Shown piece by piece: positions 12,592 to 24,725 of a DNA stretch of 64,000 bases (position 1 is the stretch's first letter; each line of letters begins with the position of its first letter). The notes below the pieces were generated by a model that did no database searches, had not been told where the DNA came from, and saw only the letters and a list, made by a program, of their open reading frames with translations. The position numbers and the translations under genes are program-made. Origin of the DNA: Octopus sinensis (taxonomy: Eukaryota); the NCBI RefSeq assembly GCF_006345805.1, contig NC_043000.1:1488001-1552000 (forward strand), given 5' to 3'.

Positions 12592-12679
12592 GAATTCAAT
12601 TTGCTGAACTATTCATTAAGCAGTGCACGGATATTCTTCAGGGCTGACCTTACTGCTGCTGAGGAAAAAGAAAAAAAAG
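12592..12679 (+). CDS. WASHC4: WASHC4 exon (last conserved block)
   Basis: cattag/gtaaca; [29 protein letters not shown] plus 1 nt (human [25 protein letters not shown]); ends in phase 1. Confidence 0.94.
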
Positions 12680-12958
12680 GTAACAACTCTATTGTTATTA
12701 TTATTATTAATAGTAGTAGTAGTAGTAGTAGTAGTAGTATTATTTTTATTAGAGCAAGGGTGATGGACTGGCAAAATTGTTAGAGCACTGAAATAATTGT
12801 CTTGCAGTATTTGTTCTGGCTTATTATATTCTGAATTCAAATCCTGCCTAGATCAGCTTTGCCTTTCGTCCCTTCTCAAAAAGTGGGCCACAGGCTCCAC
12901 AACTGAAAAGTATTCAAGCTAGTCTTTTTTGTTGGGCATGCCATTCAGAAAATTCCAT

Positions 12959-13373
12959 AGGCGCAGGAGTGGCTGTGTGGTAAGTAGCTTGCTAACCAAC
13001 CACATGGTTCCGGGTTCAGTCCCACTGCGTGGCATCTTGGGCAAGTGTCTTCTGCTATAGCCCCGGGCCGACCAATGCCTTGTGAGTGGATTTGGTAGAC
13101 GGAAACTGAAAGAAGCCTGTCGTATATATGTATATATACGTATATGTATATGTGTATGTGTGTGTTTGTGTGTCTGTGTTTGTCTCCCTAGCATTGCTTG
13201 ACAACCGATGCTGGTGTGTTTACGTCCCCGTCACTTAGCGGTTCGGCAAAAGAGACCGATAGAATAAGTACTGGGCTTACAAAGAATAAGTCCCGGGGTC
13301 GATTTGCTCGACTAAAGGCGGTGCTCCAGCATGGCCGCAGTCAAATGACTGAAACAAGTAAAAGAGTAAAGAG
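12959..13373 (+). mobile_element. SINE family A (older diverged copy follows at ~13555-13940)
   Basis: Full-length match to family. Confidence 0.9.
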
Positions 13374-14073
13374 GTCATTGCCCATGTGTGTTTTACATGT
13401 AACTCAAGCTGCTAGAAATAACAGCCAGCCAAATCTTCCTCATATCAACACACACACCATCTTAGAAAATGACACATTACATAATGTCATTCTGGTTCCT
13501 CTGCACATAGGGAAAAGATGAGATGGCCACGACTGAAATGTCTGTTGATCATAGGTGCAGGTGTGGTTGTGTGGCAAGAAGTTTGCTTCCTAACCACATG
13601 GTTCTGGGTTCAGTCCCATTGTATTGCAGCTTGAGCAAACGTCTTATATAGTTCTAGGCCTACCAAAAGTCTTGTGAATGGATTTGGTAGACAGAAACTG
13701 AAAGAAGCCCATTGAATGTGTGCATGTGTGTGTATTTGGCCCTACCACCTCTTTGGCAACCAGTGTTGGTTTGTTTACATCCCTGTGACTTAGTGGTTCA
13801 GCTAAAAGAAACCAATGGAATAAGTACCAGACTTTTATTTTTTTTAAAAAGTACCGGTGTTTATTTGTTCTGTTAAATCTTTCAAGGTGGTGCCCAAGCA
13901 TGGCCACAGTTTAGTGACTGGAGCAAATAAAGGATAAAAGGAAACAGCTAAATCTGCCTGATCAGGGGCAACCCTGGGACTAAAAACAACAATAACAATA
14001 ACAACAACAACTGCCTTAATTATAGAGAAAAGACTACTGTTTCTAACTAATGCCATTCTGTTTTTCCCAACAG

Positions 14074-14109
14074 ATGAAAGTGAAGGGGATGATTTACTCT
14101 CTGTCGTAG
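14074..14109 (+). CDS. WASHC4: probable 36-nt micro-exon of WASHC4
   Basis: CTAAC branch-like motif, pyrimidine tract and caacag acceptor; GTAG/gtgagc donor; phase 1-1, open frame DESEGDDLLSVV. No homology support. Confidence 0.6.
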   Translation: MKVKGMIYSLS

Positions 14110-14629
14110 GTGAGCACGGATGAAGACCCTGACCTCCTGATCTGACCCTGTTACTCCCACCGACCTTTGACTTTTGTTCATTCATTCTATTTGCTTGACC
14201 TTGAACCATTTTCTGTTTGTTTTTTTTTTGTTTTTTTTTTACCAACCTCATTTTATGTCTCACCCTTCCTTCCTCACACCTCACCCAGTTACCTTGATAT
14301 CCCCTTAATTCAGTTGACCCTGTTACTGGGAACCATTGCTTTTTCAGCAAACATAATAATAATAATAATAATAATAATCAATTCTTTTATTGGCCACAAG
14401 GGCTGACAAAAATTAATTATAACATAAAGGGACAAAACACAGGACGAAAGTTACAAAAAGGGTTTTGTCCGTTTGTAAAATCCAAGTAAAAAAACAGTTT
14501 AACAACGAAAATATAACAATGAAAAACTCCCAATAGGGGGAGGTGCTTCGAAAGATCCCTGGTGGAAAAACCCTTAAAATAATGTTATAATGTCATTTAT
14601 AATTGCTAGTATTATCAGTATTGTAGTAG

Positions 14630-14920
14630 CAGAATTGGTAAGTGTTGGATAAAATGCTTTGTGGTATTCAGGTAGGCCAGTTGTCATTCTTAAGTTCAAA
14701 TCTCACTGAAATCACTTCACTTTTCATCACTCTTGGTTATTTTAAAAAACAAATGTACCAGTTGTTGCTACGTTCTGAGTTCAAATTCCACAAGGCCAAC
14801 TTTGCCTTTCGTCCTTTTGGGGGTCGATAAATTAAGTACCAGTGAAAATCTGGGGTCAATGTAATTGACTTACCCTTCCCCCAAAATGGGCAGCCCTTGT
14901 GACAAAATTTGAAACCATTA

Positions 14921-14925
<5 letters not shown>
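14630..14925 (+). mobile_element. tRNA-derived SINE family B (Meta-domain-like), diverged
   Basis: gagttcaaatt B-box followed by gcctttcgtccttttgggggtcgataaattaagtaccag. Confidence 0.7.
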
Positions 14926-14951
<26 letters not shown>

Positions 14952-15352
14952 CATTATTATTATAAGCACTCAAAGAAAATTGTGTAATGTTATTCTTTAT
15001 TATTTCTCTTCAAGCTACATGAGGAAATCACATGTGAGTAGATCCACCCAGCATTGCTGACAATGACTAAGTTATATTTACCGACCATTAATCCTTGTTA
15101 TTTGGAGGGAATCAACCCCTTCACTGATAAACAAGATAAAACCATCTCAAAACCAATGAATGTTATGTCCTTACTTTTGTTAATATCTGACAAATCATAT
15201 CATTTTCATATTCTGTATGATAAAGATACCATTATGATATGTGCATGATAAAAGTACTATTATATGTATATAATATAAGCACCTCTATCATCTGTGTGAT
15301 AAAGCTACTATTATCATGTGTATGAGATAAACATACATTATTCTATGTATAT

Positions 15353-15652
15353 CAGTGGTACTCAGCCATTTTTTACCTATGGACCCCTGTGATATCTGTT
15401 TTACTCTATTAGACCTGCATAACTTTTTGATATTTAAAAAAACCTATTCTAATTTGATAATGAAATTGTATAAACAATATTGTTAAAATATTTTATGTAT
15501 TGTTGAAATATAATTGATTTATTACATTTAAACTTTAACATCAAAATCTTATATGGATCCTCAAGGCCCATATAGACTCCCAAAGGTCATATAAACCCCC
15601 AAGGGCCATATAGACTTCCAAGTGCCATATGGACCCCAGTTGAGAACCACTG
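15353..15652. mobile_element. hAT-type MITE
   Basis: TIR cagtggt(a/t)ctca; 8-bp TSD ATGTATAT at 15345-15352 and 15653-15660. Confidence 0.88.
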
Positions 15653-15754
15653 ATGTATATGATAAAGATATGTTTAATAAATGGGGAATATAGCATTTAA
15701 TGTCAGCAATGCATTATACATTATGTATGCGCTCTTTACAGCTTTAACCATCTC

Positions 15755-16560
15755 TATGTACCCAGTACAGCTTGTGTCATTTCTATCTTATTATTATCAA
15801 TTCAGTTTGTACTATCTCTGTTATGTACCCTGTCTAGTCTGTACCATCGCTAATTATGTACCCTGTATAGCCTCTGGCATCTCTCTCTTCCATAACCTGT
15901 ACAGTGTGTACCATTTCTATTATATTACCCAACCTAGCTTGTACCATCTCTGATTATGTACCCTGAAGAATCAGCACCATCTGGCCTGTACCTTCTCTAA
16001 TTATGTACTCCATACAGTATGTACCATTTCTATCTTACATACTTTGTACATTCTGTACTATCTCCATTATGTACCCTGCTTAGCCTTATCATCTCAGATC
16101 TGTACCCTGCCTAACTTGTACCATCTCTATTATGCACCCTGTACAGTGTGCATCATCTCTGATTATGTACCTTGTACAGTCAGTACCATCTCTGTTCTGT
16201 ACCCTGTCTAACCTGTACCATCTTTAATTATGTACCTGTATAGGCCATACCATTTCTGTTATGTACCTTGCTTAGCCTATACACTTTGTATTATCTCTGT
16301 TCTGTACCATCTCTATCTTATATACCTTACACAGTCTGTACCATCTCTGTTATGTACCCTGTCTAACCTATACAATCTCTGATTAGGTACTCTGTACAGT
16401 CTGAATCATCTCTGTAATGTCCTCTGCCTATCCAGTACCATCTTCAGCTTATGTACCTTGCGTATACTGAGCTATTTCTAGACTCTATGCCCTATCTAGT
16501 TTGCACCCTCTCTATATTAAATGCCATCTTTGATACCCACTCATCCCTCTGTCTATCATC
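15755..16560. repeat. degenerate ~33-bp minisatellite (tgtaccatctctgttatgtaccctg...)
   Basis: About two dozen diverged units; a separate ~38-bp degenerate repeat lies at 17161-17350. Confidence 0.75.
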
Positions 16561-17748
16561 TCTCTATTCACCTGTCAAACTTGTACTGTTTCTGAGCACC
16601 TTTATCTAGTCTCCAGCGCTTGTAGATTACATAATTAATCTAGTCTATGCTACTTTATATGTTATTCGCCCTGTCTGGTCTGTGTGCTTTACTGATATAT
16701 ATCAATAGAAAATATAAATGTTGACAAGGAAATCAATAACCTGGTGTTGTATTATTTCTGTCCCTGTTGTACAGATGCTCCATTATCACTCACACTATTA
16801 GAAACGCAATGAAGTAGTGATTGGCGCTTTGGAAATCTGTAACCAACAATGCTTTCAATCACAAAATGCAGTATCATCATCATCATCATCATCATCATCA
16901 TTTAGCGTCCGCTTTCCATGCTAGCATGGGTTGGACGGTTTAACTGGGGTCTGTGAAGCCGGAAGGCTTCATCAGGCCCAGTCAGATTTGGCAGTGTTTC
17001 TACAGCTGGATGCCCTTCCTAACGCCTATAAATTTCTAAATTTCTGTTTTTTAATATATATATTGTGTACTCTACTGAGCCTGCATTATTTATCCGTAAT
17101 GCACTATGAATAACTTGTACCATTTGTTTCGTTATGTACTCTGTATAACCTCTGGTTTATGTACCCAGTATATATTGTAACCTCTAGTATATGTTGGTAC
17201 CTGGTATATATTGTAATATTTCTAGCATATGTATGTACCTAGTAGATATTGTAACATCTATAGAGCATGTATGTACCCAGTATATGTTGTAATGTCTGTG
17301 ACATTTGTATGTTCCCAGTATACATTGTGCTATCTATAGTATTTGTATATATCCTATTTCTTTGATGCCATCAGTAAGTGTTGTATCAGTATATGTATGT
17401 ACTATATATACCCTCTATTTGGTTGTAATATTCTATACTGTATTCCATTTACCTTGAAGGTAACCATATATTCCCTAACTTTTCCAAAAGGGTGGCAGTG
17501 ACTTCAGAGTTTTGACCTGCTAGCCTTCATCACACTGTCTGATGAAGGCTATTAGCCCGAAACTTTGAAGCTACTGACAACACTCTTCTTTGAGTAATTC
17601 TTCTGTTTAATGTTAATTTTTTTTTTTACTATAACTTGACATAAAAGCAGTATATATATGTGTGTGTGTGTCTGTATTTATTTATATATATATGTATGTA
17701 TGTATGTATGTATACATATGTACAGAAGTATGTGTTGCTATGTTTCAG

Positions 17749-17963
17749 AACGGCTGACAGCTGCAAATCCTCAACAGACATCGTCATCATCATCAAGTCG
17801 AAGTGGGACCCCAGCACCAACTGCGTCAACTACATCAACTCCAGCAGAACCATCACCTCCTGCGGCTGCAGCAGCAGCAGCACCACCACCACCACCTCCA
17901 CCTCCTCCTCCACCACCACCCCCTCCACCGCCGCCGCCACCACCTCCACCACCACCCATGTAA
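17749..17963 (+). CDS. WASHC4: probable terminal coding exon of WASHC4 (Ser/Thr/Ala linker + Pro25)
   Basis: tttcag acceptor in phase 1, compatible with upstream exons; (E)RLTAANPQQTSSSSSSRSGTPAPTASTTSTPAEPSPPA7-P25-M-stop; the Pro run uses all four codons. Confidence 0.7.
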
Positions 17964-18077
17964 AATATCTCTTCCGAAACATCGAAGAACAAACTCAAAA
18001 TGTTATGGTTTATTTACCGAACTGGTTACTCCAGAGGTAGAAGCTTCCACTATTATTGTTATTATTGTTATTATTAT

Positions 18078-19411
18078 TATTATTATTATTGCTATCTCTG
18101 ATATATTAATAATTCTCAAATCCCCACTTTTGTCCTAAAAATCAACCCCTTTTTGTTAGATTATTTGTTTGTTTAAAATCTGCTGTTCATTATCTTCAGC
18201 GATAAATCCTTAAAAATGTCTTAGCCCGAAGGCCGCGGCCATGCTGGAGCTCCACCGCTGATAAATGTTTATCTTCAGAAATATATTTTACATTAATAAT
18301 GTTCAAGTTGACCGGTTCCCTTTTTTTCCCCTCCTTTCCTTTCTTCCAATGAAAGACCAGTCTTAATTTCTTTCAGGATAGCTCCTACCTCCACCCCATC
18401 CCTCCTCACCAGACCTTTTTCCCAGCTCACCTCAAGAGAAGGTTCCATAACCATGAGAGTGACCAAATTTGTTTCTGTGATGATTGTTAGACTAGCAGTG
18501 TCGAGCTGAAGGAGTTTAATGGTGCAATAGTTTAAGAGTACAAAAGAATGATATTATATCCCCATGTCAGGGACCCTTAAGAATAATTTACACATTATAC
18601 TACAGTGTCATGTTTGTAGGTCCCTTGAGATATAGCTCTTTTTTTTTTGACCCCTACAGATCCTCACCCACCCTATTTACCAAACACAGGTATAGAAATA
18701 AAGATTATTTTTATACCAACTCTTGTTTCATTGTTTTTATTTATTATTATTATTATTGCTATCTCTGATATATTAATAATTCTCAAATCCCCACTTTTGT
18801 CCTAAAAATCAACCCCTTTTTGTTAGATTATTTGTTTGTTTAAAATCTGCTGTTCATTATCTTCAGCGATAAATCCTTAAAAATGTCTTAGCCCGAAGGC
18901 CGCGGCCATGCTGGAGCTCCACCGCTGATAAATGTTTATCTTCAGAAATATATTTTACATTAATAATGTTCAAGTTGACCGGTTCCCTTTTTTTCCCCTC
19001 CTTTCCTTTCTTCCAATGAAAGACCAGTCTTAATTTCTTTCAGGATAGCTCCTACCTCCACCCCATCCCTCCTCACCAGACCTTTTTCCCAGCTCACCTC
19101 AAGAGAAGGTTCCATAACCATGAGAGTGACCAAATTGTTTCTGTGATGATTGTTAGACTAGCAGTGTCGAGCTGAAGGAGTTTAATGGTGCAATAGTTTA
19201 AGAGTACAAAAGAATGATATTATATCCCCATGTCAGGGACCCTTAAGAATAATTTACACATTATACTACAGTGTCATGTTTGTAGGTCCCTTGAGATATA
19301 GCTCTTTTTTTTTTGACCCCTGCAGATCCTCACCCACCCTATTTACCAAACACAGGTATAGAAATAAAGATTATTTTTATACCAACTCTTGTTTCATTGT
19401 TTTTATTTATT
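18078..19411. repeat. ~667-bp near-perfect tandem duplication
   Basis: gctatctctg at 18091 and 18758; only ~2 differences seen. Confidence 0.92.
18697..18702 (+). terminator. candidate poly(A) signal of WASHC4 (second copy at 19363-19368)
   Basis: AATAAA followed by T/GT-rich sequence, ~730 nt after the putative stop codon. Confidence 0.35.
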
Positions 19412-19739
19412 TATTATTTTTTGTGTGCATGTATTGTTGATCAATCTGCTAAAAATAGCAACCATATCTCTCTAAAATTACTCTCAGCCATGTTAAAAAG
19501 TGAAGGACACATTGGATAATGAAGACATAGGTATGCCAAATCCAAGAGAAAGACGGAAGGGTCTTAGAGGAAACATTTGTTTATAGATCTGTTAGATAAG
19601 GGCTCACTTGCAGCTAAACCACAACAAACTCTTACATGTATGCACTGATTTGAAAATCTGTCCTTGTTTATCATCGATTCATTCTTCATTCATCACTGAT
19701 CTGGGATAAATTGATACGCCAGTTGTGAATTGCATTATA

Positions 19740-20015
19740 CTTATCACAAATCCACCTGCTGAAAGTTAATCAGTCTTTGCCTGAGAAGATCAGGCAAAGA
19801 CAATTCCAACTATCTGGTCACTGTGTGCACCACCCTGAAGTGGAAGCATCCAGATAAGTCATGTGGAACCAACTTCATGGGCATGTAAGAAGAGGTAAAC
19901 ACCATCACATTTATTTCGACAACATGATCACAGACATTGGCCTGGAATGTATCCAGGACCTTGGGGCAGTGATGTTGCAACGAGAAGTATGGTGGGTAGA
20001 CGTTGTTGCTGCAGC
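19740..20015 (+). mobile_element. decayed RTE-type LINE RT C-terminus (different family)
   Basis: EKIRQRQFQLSGHCVHHPE...WNQLHGHVRRGK...DNMITDIGL...QREVW. Confidence 0.55.
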
Positions 20016-20169
20016 CCAGGTTGGCCATTTAGTGTCAGCTTTCCATGCTAACATGGGTTACACGGTTTGCCTGGAACTGGTAAGCCACAGAGCTGCACAA
20101 AGTTCCAGTCTCATTTGGCATGGTTTCTTCAGTTGGATGCTTTTCCTAATGCCAACAACTCCAAGATTG

Positions 20170-20510
20170 TAATCATTATCATCATCATCATCATTTAGCG
20201 TCCGCTTTCCATGCTAGCATGGGTTGGACGGTTCAACTGGGGTCTGGGAAGCCAGAAGGCTGCACCAGACTACAGTCTGATCTGGCAATGTTTCTACGGC
20301 TGGATGCTCTTCCTAACACCAACCACTCCGTGAGTGTAGTGGGTGCTTTTTATGTGCCACCGGCATGGGGGCCAGGCGAGGCTGGCAACGGCCACGATCG
20401 GATGGTGCTTTTTACGTGCCACCAGCACAGGTGCCAGACAAGGCTGGCAACGGCCATGATCGGATGGTGCTTTTTATGTGCCACTGGCACAGAGGCCAGT
20501 CGGGGCAGCA
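20170..20510 (-). mobile_element. RTE LINE 3' UTR copy
   Basis: (CAT)n tail plus shared UTR. Confidence 0.85.
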
Positions 20511-20795
20511 ATAATAATAAATTGATCTGTGATAACAAGGGTCAGCAGTCAATCAAAGATTCTGCCTGGACCACAAAAGTGCACCCCATTGATCATCTAC
20601 AATACTCAGGACACTTTTCACCTGTAAATTCACCTAAAGCTTAAAATTTTAATGTTTGAGATCATCATTATACAAGCAATGTCTTTTGTTTCCAATCTTC
20701 TGTGTAAACTTGTTCGGCCATGAAGAAATATTACTGTTAGACAGTTCAACCAATGCCAGCATGGAAGGCAGACATTAAATGGTGATTAGTATCTA

Positions 20796-21252
20796 CTAGC
20801 AGCATAGCCCGGCGTTGCCCGGGTATGTAAGAGCCCCTAGTAGGCAATGACTAATCCCAATCTAGTCCTTTCCCTCTAGGGAACGAAGGCGCATGTGTAG
20901 GTTGCAATGTCTTCTCTTCACTCGAATACTTCTGTGTATACGATGTTCCTAGCTGTCCCTTTGGGCGAAAACATAAAACCATCATTGCGCCTCCCAACGC
21001 GTGAACAGCCCATGTACAGCCCAGAAAATGTGTTGCATATAAAAAGCTTAGATTCTCGACCCCATGTCGGATTTATCGATTTTTTCAGAACTGGGGGAAC
21101 TTTTCAAAATTTTCGCTGCGTTAGTTTTGAATTATGACATTGGGCTATGTGTGTGTCAAGTTTCATCAGAATCGGTTGAAAGCCGTGGTCAGGGTGAGGG
21201 TACAACCTGACAGACACACAGACAGACAAACTGCCGTTTATATATAGAGAGA
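20796..21252 (-). mobile_element. non-autonomous Helitron, same family as 2469-3009
   Basis: Reverse-complement match at both ends; A|TC...CTAG|T on minus strand. Confidence 0.82.
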
Positions 21253-22359
21253 TTTAGGCAGTTAACCTGTTAAGAATTTTGAGGAAGCAGAGACAACAAG
21301 AAAATATAGGGAGAAAAAATAAACAAATAAAAAAAAGTAAGCAAACAAGTTATGTAAGATAGCAAATCTTTGTGTCTCCAGAATCTATTAATAGATAGAT
21401 TTAGTCTCTCCTAAACTCATTAGGGTGACTGACCGTACCACTTACCATCCATTTAGTAATTTGATACTGCTCTCTATTAGCCAGAATTAATTGTCAAGAG
21501 TTTTATACTACCAATTTATTTAGTAATGGTAGGCAAGGATGGGAGTGGAGTGGGTTGCTACAAAAATATTTATAGTGTTTACTCACTCTCTCAAATATAG
21601 GGACATTTTAAATGTTTCTAGGCAAATAAAAGTTATTCCTTTGTTAAGATGCATTTCTTTTTTAGAAGTAATAAACTAATTAAAATTATGTAGAATAGTC
21701 AAGGAATTAGGAACTAATTCTTGTGTCACTAATATGCTACAGCTGTTGTTGTTTAACCACGAGTGAGTCCTGTTTGATAGACTTGTGATTAAAAGTACTC
21801 CATTTATAGCTAGCCACTCTTTACTTCAGGCATCAGACATTTTACTCTACATTGTCAATGTAGTTATTATTATCATCGACGTCATCATTCTTACATCCAC
21901 TTTTAAATGTTTGCATGGAGGCAAACAGAATTCATTGGGGCAGATTTTCTGTGGACAGATGTTCTTGTTGTTGCCAACCTTCACCTGTTTCCAAGCAGGG
22001 TAATATTTCTTCATGGCCAGACATGCTTACACAGAAGATTGGAAGCAAAAGATATTACTTGTATGATGATGACTATCAGAATTATCTTATGATATCAAGA
22101 AAAGGAGACACACACACACACATATACATTGGGCTTCTTTCAGTTTCCATCTACCAAATTCACTCACAAGGTCTGCCCAGTTCTTTAGTGCCCAAAGTGC
22201 CATGCAGTGGATCTGGACCTGAAACCATGTGGTTGGGAAGCAAAATTTATAACTGCACAGCCATGCCTGCATCTGGTGTTAGAGGCACCGAGACGAGAAA
22301 CATCTTTCTCTGCTAGAACATCAGTCTTCAGCATGTAACATACCCAGATGATCTGGTAG

Positions 22360-22660
22360 TGGAGGCACATGGCCTAGTGGTTAGAGCAGCGGACTCACAG
22401 TCGAGGGATCGCAGGTTCGAATCTCAGACCGGGTGATGTGTGTGTTTACAAGCGAAACACCTAAGCTCCATGCGGCACCGGCAGAAGGTAATGGCGAACT
22501 TCTGCTGACTCTTTCGCCACAGCTTTCTCTCACTCTTTCCTCCTGCATCTTGCAGCTCACCTGCGATGGACTGGCGTCCCATCCAGGTGGGGAACCTATA
22601 CACCAAGGAAACTGGGAAACTGGCCCTTATGAGCCAGGCGTGGCTTGAGAAGGAACAAAC
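22360..22660 (+). mobile_element. SINE family C
   Basis: ggaggcacatggcctagtggttagagcagcggactc...ggttcgaatc (A/B boxes), ends gaaggaacaaac. Confidence 0.85.
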
Positions 22661-22996
22661 AGATGATCTGGTACCTATCCCTGCTGCAACAAAACTAGAT
22701 TTTGTTTTTTTATGATGGGAGATGGTGAAGTGAGGGAGATTTTGGCTGGCATTTCTAGCAGATTGAGTGATTATTGGAAGCACAAAACAGAAGGCTGCAA
22801 CAAAACTAGATTGATGCTCATCTTTAGCTGGGTGGACTGGAACAACATGAAATAAAGTTATAAAGTGCTTTGCTCAACAACAAAATGTGCTAACTGGTTT
22901 GCAAATTGAACCCATATCTTTATGACTGCAAGCCCAGTACTCTAACCACTAGGTCATGTGCCTTCATATGATGGAAAATAAAACCAAAACATTAAC

Positions 22997-23353
22997 CCAT
23001 TAACTTTTAAACCATCTATATCTGATTTTATGTTCACATTGGCCAGAACCAGCCAGCCACACTTAACCTACAATGTCTTACTAAAAGTAAGCAATAACAT
23101 CACTAAAATCTCAAAGCTATGAGATTATGTAAGATAAATTCTAAACATTCTCTCTTTTCTCTTTCTCTTTTACTTGTTTCAGTCATTTGACTGCGGCCAT
23201 GCTGGAGCACCGCCTTCAGTTGAGCAAATCGACCCCAGGACTTATTCTTTGTAAGCCCAGTACTTATTCTATCGGTTTCTTTTGCCGAACCGCTAAGTAA
23301 CGGGGACGTAAACACACCAGCATCGGTTGTCAAGCAATGCTAGGGGGACAAAC

Positions 23354-23384
<31 letters not shown>

Positions 23385-23616
23385 TACATACATATATACG
23401 ACAGGCTTCTTTCAGTTTCCGTCTACCAAATCCACTCACAAAGCATTGGTCGGCCCGGGGCTATAGCAGAAGACACTTGCCCAAGATGCCACGCAGTGGG
23501 ACTGAACCCAGAACCATGTGGTTGGTTAGCAAGCTACTTACCACACAGCCACTCCTGCGCCTACATTGTGAATAAATAAACATTATATTTAACAGAGTAA
23601 TCTGAATGCTAAAGGG
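22997..23616. mobile_element. piggyBac-type MITE interrupted by SINE A (23152-23562, minus)
   Basis: ttaaccc start and gctaaagggttga end related to 416-636; SINE flanked by an acatt duplication. Confidence 0.65.
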
Positions 23617-24249
23617 TTGATTTTACTTCAATCTAATTAATTGTCACTGATAAATTTCTGCCCCTAAACTACTTGGCAAGCTAGATTAACACATGATAAC
23701 TTAACATTTGACTGACTATTGATTTTACTCTAGTTAAATTGATTGAATTTCAAAGGAGAAAGACTGTGGTGTTTATTTTTCCCTTCCCACACTGCAAAGA
23801 CATTAGAGAAATGATATGAAATAACCACAGAAAGGAATAGAAACTCCAGTGCAGACTCAGTTTGACAAAAAATTGTAGCTCCTACTTTATGACCCTCAAA
23901 AAGCTATTTGAAGATAATGACAAAGGCAGATGATGAAAGAATCTTATTATGATAATGATGATGATTACAAGATTGATTATAATGGTATACATGGTTCAGA
24001 ATCATATCTGAATAAGAATAAAAAGTATAACAAAACAACAAAAAAACTGTTTAGTATGTTAATAAAAGTGGAAAATTGGCAATTTAATGAGATAACAAGG
24101 ATTTGGTGACAAACATTCACCATCTGTTGAAAATCATTATTATATTTCTTTAAAGCTACTGGTTTTACTCTGATAAACTGTTCCTCATAAGACTTCCAAT
24201 ACAAGTGTTGCGTGTTCTTCCACATCTGCTGTTCATTTGTTAAGAATTA

Positions 24250-24252
24250 CAT

Positions 24253-24284
<32 letters not shown>

Positions 24285-24327
24285 TATTTATATATATATC
24301 CATGTATATATATATATATATATATCC

Positions 24328-24381
<54 letters not shown>

Positions 24382-24417
24382 GTATATATGTACATATATG
24401 TATATGTATATATGTAC

Positions 24418-24493
<76 letters not shown>

Positions 24494-24527
24494 GTATATA
24501 TACATATATATATATATGTATATATAC

Positions 24528-24558
<31 letters not shown>

Positions 24559-24561
24559 TAG

Positions 24562-24592
<31 letters not shown>

Positions 24593-24725
24593 GTGTATAT
24601 ATATATATATATATTATATATATATGTATATATACATATATATATATTATATATATATATATATAATATATATATATATATACGTACATACATAGCTACA
24701 TACATACATGCATACATATATAGGT
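24250..24725. repeat. (TA)n-rich microsatellite
   Basis: Direct. Confidence 0.97.

Noticed and set aside
23977-24225. 82-aa minus-strand ORF in unique sequence
   Set aside because: No recognisable domain, no convincing acceptor/donor pair, no partner exons.
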